The notes beneath the pieces are model-generated. The model did not search any database and was not told the origin of the DNA. It saw only the letters and a list, made by a program, of their open reading frames with translations. From assembly GCA_964612455.1 (NCBI GenBank), contig CAZTCB010000005.1:1-50961 (forward strand): a stretch of 50,961 bases of DNA, given 5' to 3'. The stretch's first letter is position 1; the number at the start of each line of letters is the position of its first letter. Position numbers and translations under genes: made by a program. This document shows positions 1-7,283 of this stretch, piece by piece. This DNA is from an uncultured Subdoligranulum sp. Its GTDB lineage: Bacteria > Bacillota > Clostridia > Christensenellales > CAG-314.

Positions 1-14
1 TTTTCGTACAAGAG

Positions 15-235
15 AAAAAAGTGTGACAGAATGTATATTCTGTCTACAAGTTTCTCTTAATTTTCACAATATAAAAAGCCGCGCTGAGTTTACTCTCAAC
101 ACGGCTTTTTTACTAAGGTTTATTAAATCATTCTACGCTTGGATTTGCCCAAAAACGAGAATTTTCCCGTTTCCCCCTTCACCAATACTACATATTAAAA
201 AATTCTCAATTCGGTGCCTTTTATGCCGATTTCAA
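15..235 (+). repeat. Copy A of a repeat of at least 200 bp (paralog of 21317-21540). It starts with an A-run plus palindromic core GACAGAAT-gtat-ATTCTGTC (25-44) and may be cut by the window edge.
   Basis: Aligned by eye to 21317-21540. Nearly identical over about the first 110 bp, then roughly 70-75% similar to about 235. The same core also occurs inverted at 21075-21094. Confidence 0.8.
73..111. terminator. Hairpin flanked by an A-run and a T-run (bidirectional intrinsic-terminator shape) inside repeat copy A
   Basis: Arms AGCCGCG (77-83) and CACGGCT (100-106), A5 upstream, T5 downstream. The copy at 21378-21407 keeps the stem through compensatory changes. Confidence 0.55.
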
Positions 236-344
236 AACATTAAAAACCTTGCTTTTTTTTGACGTATCTGCGGGCTTTTTACTTGGACTGCATTAATCTC
301 AAACATCGCATTGCGTCTACCCCAGTCATCTCGACCATTAATTT

Positions 345-917
345 TTATCTCTCAAAAACCACGAGATAACACCCCAGCACCTTTTCACAAGGGATACTTG
401 CGGCGTTTTGCGGCGTAAAGTTTCTCTTGGGATAAACGGTTTTTATCGGAAGGGATTGTACCGACAAGGTTTTTCCGAGGCTTTTGCCTCGTGCGTCATT
501 CGTCGAAAATTTCCACTCAAAAACGCAGTCGCAAAACTCTTTTTCCGCAGAAATCACCTCGGTTTTCCTCAAAAACTCGCCGTCGGAGACGAAAAAACAC
601 CCGTCATTATCTTTTTCCGCGGGACAACCTCCCCTAATGCCTACAGGACGGAAAGACACGTCGAGAAAATCGTTTTTAAATCTCACGCCGTCGGACGTAC
701 GTTCAAACGGAAAGTTTTTCCAAAACGCAATGTTCAGCCACCCTTTCTTTCCGTCTTTTTCAACCGCCACGTTAAACTCGAGATACCCCTCCTCATCATC
801 GGCAACCTCTGCGTTTATCCTAAAAACAGGTCGCAACGAAGAAAAATCCTCTGGCAAAATCGCGCGAATTTTGTCTTGTTCTACCTCATAAGCCATTACG
901 TATTGCTCTATTTTCAT
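345..917 (-). CDS. Hypothetical protein, 190 aa, no family recognised
   Basis: Longest ORF in the region with balanced, non-repetitive composition. The overlapping plus-strand ORFs are R/F/S-rich antisense artefacts. Confidence 0.6.
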   Translation of the reverse strand: MKIEQYVMAYEVEQDKIRAILPEDFSSLRPVFRINAEVADDEEGYLEFNVAVEKDGKKGWLNIAFWKNFPFERTSDGVRFKNDFLDVSFRPVGIRGGCPAEKDNDGCFFVSDGEFLRKTEVISAEKEFCDCVFEWKFSTNDARGKSLGKTLSVQSLPIKTVYPKRNFTPQNAASIPCEKVLGCYLVVFER

Positions 918-1379
918 ATTCGTCTCCTTTTGTTTAGCACTATTCTCGGCATTAGTTTATCACACCGACAGATAAAACGCAAGTCGTTGCTACGTCTTGG
1001 GGAGCCTTTCGTTGTCGCCAAGCAACTCCACAACCGCGTCGCGACACCGACAATCGATAAAAACAAACAACATTAACCCCTATCGGCGCTAAACGAAGTT
1101 AATTACCAACCAAAAAGTAACAGCATCAAAATGTTTCACGTGAAACGTTTTAACAGACGCCAAACTCGCCGCTACGATTGTTTCACGTGAAACATTTACT
1201 CTACTCACCACTTAAATCCATTGAAATACCCACCCCGTGCACTATAAAACATTTTATATGATACTCCAAGAACGTTAAACCATAACAAACACCAAAACAG
1301 AAAAACTTTAAAACCAAACTTTAATTCAATCCATGCAAAAAAATTGCCTTCTTCGTTTAAATGTTTTCTTGCATATGTT

Positions 1380-1411
1380 AATAATGAACATAATAATATA
1401 TGTTCATTATT
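1380..1411. repeat. Perfect 13-bp inverted repeat with a 6-bp spacer (AATAATGAACATA-ataata-TATGTTCATTATT)
   Basis: Read directly from the sequence. Lies in the most AT-rich part of the gene-free island. Confidence 0.9.
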
Positions 1412-1590
1412 GAGAAAAATTTATCCCTTTTTGGTAAAAAATCACGATTTTAAAACGCAAAAAAAGTGAGGTTTTTCCTTATGTTCAGACTTTTTAAGGC
1501 CCCTAAAACGGTTTCAGGCAGAATATTTTTTAAAATTATCCTTTTGGGTGACCGATTTTGTTGCCATTCTGCTCCAATTGACGCATCAAT

Positions 1591-1637
1591 CGAATAAAAT
1601 TTTATGGTTAGCCATTGCTAACTCGCGATTTTATTCG
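1591..1637. repeat. Nested inverted repeat: outer arms CGAATAAAAT / ATTTTATTCG, inner arms GTTAGC / GCTAAC
   Basis: Outer arms 1591-1600 and 1628-1637. Inner arms 1607-1612 and 1617-1622. Read directly. Confidence 0.85.
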
Positions 1638-2469
1638 CATTTTAGCTTTTTACGCGTTTGCATTTATAATTGTTTCATATGAAACAACAATTTACACCCC
1701 ACAACCACCAATATGTGTGCTTTATCGGCAAAAAAACATCATACGAACCTTATTAATAAGTTATTTATCTCGCTTTTATTTAAAATAAGCGCAAAAATCA
1801 AAACAAACCTCAGATATCGCTGTTTCACGGGAAACAATCGGTGACAAACGTTAATAACCATAAATATTAACATCATTTATGCTGTTTCACGGGAAACAAT
1901 CAGGCGCACCCGATAATAAAAATACAACCGTTATTTATGCTGTTTCGCGGGAAACAATGCGATTTTTTAAAACAAATTAAGATTATTTGTTGATATTGTG
2001 CGATTTTTTTCAAGAGTAATCATTGCCGCCATAAAATTCAGCAGAATATAACCGTAACCTATTTTTATAATCTGTTTTATTGTCGTTTTGTATAATTGTC
2101 TGTTTAATTGTGGCGTCGGCGTTTACTTTTTTATTAGTAGTTTGAAATTAGCTTTTGTATTATAATTTTAATTTAATTTAGGCGTTGTTTCACGCGAAAC
2201 ACAGATTATCATGCCTTATTATACGCATTATTGTTAACAACCTTTTGTGTATTACTTTTTATATAAAACAATATTAAATAAAATGAATAAATTTATTATT
2301 GGCGTGTGTGTTTTGTTGGATTTATTGCCATGTTTCACGTGAAACGCTCGTTGGTTTTTTTGTTTAGTCAGGCGTATTGTTGGTTTTAAGTCGTTTTTTG
2401 CTGTAAAAGAAGGTCGTTTTTTTGTTGTTAAATAATGTTTTCGTTTATTTCGTGTAGCCAATATCTTGC

Positions 2470-2507
2470 GAGCAAAGATAATCTACAAGTGTAGATTTTC
2501 TTTGCTC
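2470..2507. repeat. Long imperfect hairpin (17-bp arms, 1 mismatch, 4-nt loop)
   Basis: GAGCAAAGATAATCTAC (2470-2486) pairs with GTAGATTTTCTTTGCTC (2491-2507). No adjacent gene is assignable to it. Confidence 0.8.
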
Positions 2508-2690
2508 TTTCGTTCTTTCGTTGTGTTTATACGTTTATTCTCTCTGTTAAGGGCACTATTTTCGTCGTTTTTGGGGTTCGCATGCATTTCTTTCGCGAGC
2601 TCTCGTCGAAGGGTTTATTTTTATGTTTATACCTTACTTTTACTTTCTTTGATTTATTGACCATTTATCTTTATTATTTTGTTTTTATCC

Positions 2691-2719
2691 TTGACATTAA
2701 TACGATTTCGTATTATACT
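2691..2719 (+). promoter_or_regulatory. Sigma-A-type promoter of the marR-MATE operon with an 18-bp palindromic operator in the spacer
   Basis: TTGACA 2691-2696, 17-nt spacer, TATACT 2714-2719. Palindrome TAATACGA-tt-TCGTATTA at 2698-2715. Confidence 0.7.
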
Positions 2720-2749
2720 ACCGCTTGTCTGTATGTCTAAGGAGAAAAA

Positions 2750-3190
2750 ATGGACAACAAAAAACTCGTCACAAAGCTTATGCTCGGTATCAATAAACTT
2801 GACGGCATTTATTATCTCTTTGCCAAAAACAGCTCCGTCAATGAAAACGCGCTATCGTTTTTTTACGCATTGTCGGACGGACAGCCTCATTCGCAAAAAG
2901 AAATTTGCGACTCGTGGTTAATACCGCGCACGACCATAAACACGATAGTAAAAACAGCAATGGCAAACGGTTATATTTGCTTTTCGCCAAAAGTCCGCAA
3001 TAAAGAAAAATTCATCCTGTTGACGCCAAAAGGACAAAAATACGCCGACGAGCTCCTGAAGAGCGTCTTTGCGGCGGAAAACAACGCGATGACCGAAACG
3101 TTAACCGCCTTTTCTCCCGATTTTGTCGACGCGATAGAAAAATTCGGCGACTGTTTGCAGCGCGAGCTCGATTTTTACTCTCATCGCTAA
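2750..3190 (+). CDS. MarR-family winged-helix transcriptional regulator
   Basis: 146 aa. Size and helix-turn-helix/wing pattern are typical of MarR. SD AAGGAG lies upstream. Immediately precedes an efflux pump gene. Confidence 0.75.
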   Translation: MDNKKLVTKLMLGINKLDGIYYLFAKNSSVNENALSFFYALSDGQPHSQKEICDSWLIPRTTINTIVKTAMANGYICFSPKVRNKEKFILLTPKGQKYADELLKSVFAAENNAMTETLTAFSPDFVDAIEKFGDCLQRELDFYSHR

Positions 3191-3228
3191 AAAACAAACT
3201 ATTTTTTCAAAAAATAAGGATTAAAAAA

Positions 3229-4563
3229 ATGACAATTCAACTTTCGGACCATTTCAGCTATAAAAAACTGTTAAAATTTACTCTACCTTCTATTGCGATG
3301 ATGATTTTTTCATCCATATACAGTGTCGTGGACGGATTTTTCGTTTCAAACTTTGCAGGAAAAACCCCGTTTGCCGCGGTCAACCTCATTATGCCCGTTC
3401 TTCAGATTCTCGGAACAGTCGGTTTAATGTTCGGTTCCGGCGGCACGGCTCTCGTCAGCAATACCTACGGAGCAGGGGACAAAGAAAAAGCAAACCGCCT
3501 TTTTTCCCTCATTGTTTACGTCGCTTTCGGCGTAAGCATAGTTTTGGCGGTAGCGGGGTTTATTTTTATACGAGACATCGCAATCTTGTTTAAGGCATCC
3601 GGCGAGTTGCTCGACGACTGCGTGTTGTACGCTCGCATTATCCTCTGCGCGCTTCCTTTTTACGTTTTGCAGGTAATGTTTCAAAGCTTTTTTACCGCGG
3701 CGGAAAAACCCCAACTCGGGCTTTACGTCACGTTGTCGGCGGGCTTTATCAATATAATACTCGACGCCGTACTCGTGATTTTGCTCCCACAGGAGTTAAA
3801 ACTCGCGGGCGCCGCCGTCGCTACCGCATTGTCTCAGGCGGTGGGAGGTATAGTGCCGTTGGTTTACTTTTTCAGAAAAAACAGCAGTTTTCTTCGACTC
3901 GGAAAAACCTCTTACGACGGAAAAGCGTTGCTTAAAACCTGTACCAACGGCTCGTCGGAGTTTATGAGCAATATTTCTATGAGTCTCGTCGGCATGCTGT
4001 ACAACGCTCAACTCATGAAATACGCGGGGGAAAACGGAATTGCGGCATACGGGGTAATGATGTACGTCAGCATGATTTTTGCCGCGGCGTTTATGGGGTA
4101 TACCATCGGTATCGCGCCGGTGGTCGGTTTTCATTACGGTGCGCAAAATTTCGACGAGTTAAAATCGCTCAGAAAAAAAAGTCTCCTGCTCGTATCCGTA
4201 TTCAGCGTCGCGATGATTGTTTCGGCAGAACTGCTTGCCTTGCCGATTTCTAAAATTTTCGTCAATTACGACGAAGAATTGCTGTCGCTTACCGTTTCGG
4301 GATTTCGTATTTTTGCAATTAGTTTCGTGCTTTTCGGTTTCAGTATTTTTTCGTCGGGTTTCTTTACCGCGCTCAACGACGGTCTGACTTCTGCACTGAT
4401 AGCGTTTTTACGTACGCTCGTGTTTCAATCGGCAGCCGTTATATTCCTTCCTTTGATTTGGGGGATAGACGGGGTATGGATATCGATTGTCGTGGCAGAA
4501 CTCGCGTCGGTTATTTTCTGTTGTTTCTTTCTTATTATCAAAAGAAAAAAATACCACTATTAA
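3229..4563 (+). CDS. MATE-family multidrug efflux transporter
   Basis: 444 aa, about 12 hydrophobic helices, MATE-like N-terminus (LLKFTLPSIAMMIFSSIYSVVDGFFV). Confidence 0.85.
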   Translation: MTIQLSDHFSYKKLLKFTLPSIAMMIFSSIYSVVDGFFVSNFAGKTPFAAVNLIMPVLQILGTVGLMFGSGGTALVSNTYGAGDKEKANRLFSLIVYVAFGVSIVLAVAGFIFIRDIAILFKASGELLDDCVLYARIILCALPFYVLQVMFQSFFTAAEKPQLGLYVTLSAGFINIILDAVLVILLPQELKLAGAAVATALSQAVGGIVPLVYFFRKNSSFLRLGKTSYDGKALLKTCTNGSSEFMSNISMSLVGMLYNAQLMKYAGENGIAAYGVMMYVSMIFAAAFMGYTIGIAPVVGFHYGAQNFDELKSLRKKSLLLVSVFSVAMIVSAELLALPISKIFVNYDEELLSLTVSGFRIFAISFVLFGFSIFSSGFFTALNDGLTSALIAFLRTLVFQSAAVIFLPLIWGIDGVWISIVVAELASVIFCCFFLIIKRKKYHY

Positions 4564-4581
4564 ATTTCTCGAAAAAAATCA

Positions 4582-4617
4582 ACCGTCCCGTACTTAAACT
4601 ACGGGACGGTTTTTTTA
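4582..4617 (+). terminator. Intrinsic terminator after the MATE gene
   Basis: 11-bp stem ACCGTCCCGTA / TACGGGACGGT followed by T7. Confidence 0.85.
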
Positions 4618-4710
4618 CCGATACGGGGGACGTGTTTGTTTTTATTTTCACCCGTGTGCCCGCTTTTTATTGTTTTTTATTATCCGTGTGCCGTCGTTTT
4701 TAAACCAACA

Positions 4711-4741
4711 AAAAAGAATCCGCTTTTTGCGAATTCTTTTT
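4711..4741. terminator. Bidirectional hairpin terminator downstream of cvpA
   Basis: AAGAATCCGC-ttttt-GCGAATTCTT (1 mismatch), flanked by an A-run and a T-run. Confidence 0.6.
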
Positions 4742-4777
4742 ACCCGTCCACTTCGTTTTATTTTATTTCGCTACCCG

Positions 4778-5500
4778 TCATACGGTTGAAATTAAAGTCA
4801 GCACCCATTCGACAAGCGGTTTTATTATTTTTTCGCCGATTACGCTGTCGGTAAACACGGCACTCTCCACGAAATTTCCTATAATACCGATGAAACTACC
4901 GACGAAAGTCAACGCCGCCGTTGCACATACCACTATTGCCGTTATTTTTATTCCGCCGAGCACTAATCCCAAAAACCTGTTTATCGTACTTATACCGGGC
5001 TGCTTTGCTATTTTTTTCATCGTTAATTTAAGTATAAGCACGGCTATCGAAATAACGATAAACAACACTGCAAACGCTACCGCTTTGTTTACTACATGCG
5101 TCAACGTTTGCGGCAAAACGTCTTTTAACGCCGCTTCGCTTTGCGGAAACTCTTCTATCAGCCAGTTAAATACTCCCAGCTCTACGATTATCCCGGGTAC
5201 GCCGATTTGTTTTATTACCTCTTTTACCGTTTCTTTATTACTCTCGTCGCTCCAGTCTGCGACCATGTCGTAATACTCGCTGCCGCCCAGTTTTTCGTCC
5301 GTTATTTCTACCGTTTTTTCGTATATCACACCGCTGTCTGTCGGAAACAACTCTGCCATAACCCCGCAAAACGATACGGATAAAAGCACGGTAACCAGTA
5401 CCCCCGCAAGACTAAACAACTGGTCGACGAAACCTTTTATTGCGCCTATTATCATAAACACGGCGAGTGCGATTAAAAAACCTACGTCAAACCAGTTCAT
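4778..5500 (-). CDS. cvpA: CvpA-family membrane protein
   Basis: N-terminus MNWFDVGFLIALAVFMIIGAIKGFV is typical of CvpA. Multiple TM helices. SD GGAG upstream. Confidence 0.7.
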   Translation of the reverse strand: MNWFDVGFLIALAVFMIIGAIKGFVDQLFSLAGVLVTVLLSVSFCGVMAELFPTDSGVIYEKTVEITDEKLGGSEYYDMVADWSDESNKETVKEVIKQIGVPGIIVELGVFNWLIEEFPQSEAALKDVLPQTLTHVVNKAVAFAVLFIVISIAVLILKLTMKKIAKQPGISTINRFLGLVLGGIKITAIVVCATAALTFVGSFIGIIGNFVESAVFTDSVIGEKIIKPLVEWVLTLISTV

Positions 5501-5541
5501 TTTTTCTCCTTTTTTTGTTTATTTATTGCCTTTTTTTTGTT

Positions 5542-6906
5542 TTATTTACCGAAAATCATATCTTTTATATCTTTTGCCTGCGCCGCGTACCTCGGATCGT
5601 TTGCCACTAAATCCGCCATTTTGTCGCGCGTATACATTATCGTGGTGTGGTCTCTGCCTCCGAAATATTGCCCGATTGTCAACAGCGGGAGTGTGAGCAA
5701 CTCGGTGACGAGATAAACGCACATTTGCCTCGGCTCTACGATTTCTTTCGTTTTTTTCTTGCCTATTATATCTTTTTTGGTGATATTGGGGTAATATTTG
5801 CAGACGCAGTCCACTATTTTGTCGATAGTCAACGCTTCCGTTTTGTCGTCGTTGTAGTCTTTAAGGGCAGAATTGACGACCTCTATATCGTTTACGTTTT
5901 TACAAATGAGTTGCGAATAACAAATTATTTTTGTCAGCACGCCTTTCATTTCTCTGATATTGGTCGTGACTTTATTTGCAATCATTTTGAGTATTTCGTC
6001 GTCGATGTTTTGTTTTTCAGCCAACGCTTCGCTCTTTAATATCGCTATTCTCGTTTCCAAATCGGGCTCGCTGATATCCGCAACCACTCCGCCCTGAAAA
6101 CGCGTCCTGAGCCTTTCTTCGAGCGGGGCTATTTCATGCGGCGGACGATCGGAGCAGATGATGATTTGTTTGTCTTTATAATACAAATCGTTAAACGTAT
6201 GAAAAAGCTCTTCTTGCGTCGAAACGGTCTTTGCTATAAACTGAATATCGTCTATCATCAACACGTCGACGCTGCGGTATCTTTTTCTGAATTCTTTCAT
6301 TTCGTCGGTGTGTTTATTGCCGCGCAACGCTTCTATCAGTTCGTTCGTAAACCTTTCGCAACTTATATTCATGCATCTTAGTTTAGGATTGGTTTTTCTT
6401 ATATGATTTCCTATCGCGTTGAGTAAATGTGTTTTTCCCAGCCCGACGCCGCCGTATATAAACAACGGGTTGTACTTCGTACCCGGGTTTTGCGCAACGG
6501 CTTTACTCGCAGCGGCGGCAAATTCGTTACTCTTTCCCACTATAAAATTGTCGAAAGTACATTTTGGCGAAAAACTGCAGGTTGTTTCCTCTATTATTAT
6601 ATTTTCGTTGTTTATTTCACCCACGTCGGTATTTGCATATTTTTCGTATTTTTCGCGTTCTTCCTCAAGTATAAACAATACGCCTTCGTTGTGGGGCATT
6701 ACTTTTTTACAACTCTCGGTTATTACGTCCACATACCTTTCCTCGACCACTCTCTTTTTTGCGGGGCTTTCGCACAACAAAACGACGTTTTCTTCATGTA
6801 TACAAACGGGAATAAGCCCCTCTATCCAAGATTCGTAAGCAAAAGCCGTCACTCTCGCTTGTATTTCTATTAATACGTTTTCCCATACCTGCGTAGTAGA
6901 TATCAT
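5542..6906 (-). CDS. dnaA: Chromosomal replication initiator DnaA
   Basis: 454 aa. Walker A GGVGLGKTHL, Walker B LMIDDIQF, C-terminal DNA-binding helix region (GGRDHTTIMY). Confidence 0.97.
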   Translation of the reverse strand: MISTTQVWENVLIEIQARVTAFAYESWIEGLIPVCIHEENVVLLCESPAKKRVVEERYVDVITESCKKVMPHNEGVLFILEEEREKYEKYANTDVGEINNENIIIEETTCSFSPKCTFDNFIVGKSNEFAAAASKAVAQNPGTKYNPLFIYGGVGLGKTHLLNAIGNHIRKTNPKLRCMNISCERFTNELIEALRGNKHTDEMKEFRKRYRSVDVLMIDDIQFIAKTVSTQEELFHTFNDLYYKDKQIIICSDRPPHEIAPLEERLRTRFQGGVVADISEPDLETRIAILKSEALAEKQNIDDEILKMIANKVTTNIREMKGVLTKIICYSQLICKNVNDIEVVNSALKDYNDDKTEALTIDKIVDCVCKYYPNITKKDIIGKKKTKEIVEPRQMCVYLVTELLTLPLLTIGQYFGGRDHTTIMYTRDKMADLVANDPRYAAQAKDIKDMIFGK

Positions 6907-6933
6907 TTTTTTCCTTTCCTTTCCGTTAGATTT

Positions 6934-6961
6934 ATTTTAACATAAGAATCGTTTTTGTCAA
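6934..6961 (-). promoter_or_regulatory. Likely dnaA promoter
   Basis: Minus strand: TTGACA (6961-6956), 16-nt spacer, TAAAAT (6939-6934). Confidence 0.55.
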
Positions 6962-7064
6962 CCGTACTGTTTTATCTTTTTTATTTTTTAGTGTATTTGT
7001 CAACGCTTGCTTTTTTTTAAATTTTGTTATATAATGTATTCGGTGAGTAGACGGGTATCTTGCG

Positions 7065-7139
7065 TTATCCACACCGTACAACTTTTTTTTTCTTGATTTT
7101 TTGTGTATAAAAAAGCGTTTTTTCACAAATTTATCCATA
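7065..7139. promoter_or_regulatory. DnaA boxes in the dnaA/dnaN divergent intergenic region (candidate oriC core)
   Basis: TTATCCACA 7065-7073 (perfect). TGTGTATAA 7102-7110 (1 mismatch, reverse orientation). TTATCCATA 7131-7139 (1 mismatch). Confidence 0.7.
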
Positions 7140-7283
7140 CGTTTCGTTTTGTTTAAAAACTGCTTTTTTAGCTTTATTTTTCAGCGACTTTTCGTCCCTA
7201 AAAAAAAGTTGTCAACAATTCTACATTACCTACTAACACTACTTCTAATTAAAAGAAATGATAAATATAAAGGAGGCAACAAA

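Larger units (their letters stand above)
1132..2346. promoter_or_regulatory. parS: Cluster of eight parS-type (ParB-binding, centromere-like) 16-bp palindromes in a gene-free AT-rich island
   Basis: 1132-1147 TGTTTCACGTGAAACG; 1179-1194 TGTTTCACGTGAAACA; 1671-1686 TGTTTCATATGAAACA; 1821-1836, 1883-1898 TGTTTCACGGGAAACA; 1941-1956 TGTTTCGCGGGAAACA; 2186-2201 TGTTTCACGCGAAACA; 2331-2346 TGTTTCACGTGAAACG. Published parS consensus is tGTTtCAcGTGAAAca. Confidence 0.85.

Noticed and set aside
23-262. ORFs beginning MTEC(I/V)FCLQ... at 23-262 and 21324-21533, plus the N-terminal extension of 20563-21096. They look like a conserved small-protein family.
   Set aside because: The shared peptide is just the translation of the palindromic DNA repeat (GTGACAGAATGT.TATTCTGTCTACAA). 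Downstream sequences are low-complexity, lack an SD and run through terminator hairpins. The pilin-like gene has a proper SD and ATG at 20949.
408-1076. Plus-strand ORFs 408-1076 and 484-891 overlapping the 345-917 minus-strand ORF.
   Set aside because: R/F/S/K-rich antisense-type composition. The minus-strand ORF has balanced composition and is the more plausible gene, though it is itself only a hypothetical protein.
1821-1956. Three similar repeats at about 60-bp spacing looked superficially like a mini CRISPR array.
   Set aside because: The repeats are 16-bp perfect or near-perfect palindromes matching parS. There are only three phased copies, the flanks are partly conserved, and no cas genes or leader are present.
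2252-2660. ORFs 2252-2461 (minus strand) and 2466-2660 (plus strand) in the AT-rich island. Also a hand-found 38-codon ORF at 1481-1597.
   Set aside because: Lys/Asn/Phe/Leu-rich low-complexity translations of AT-rich DNA. No convincing SD, and they overlap parS sites or hairpins. Treated as non-coding.
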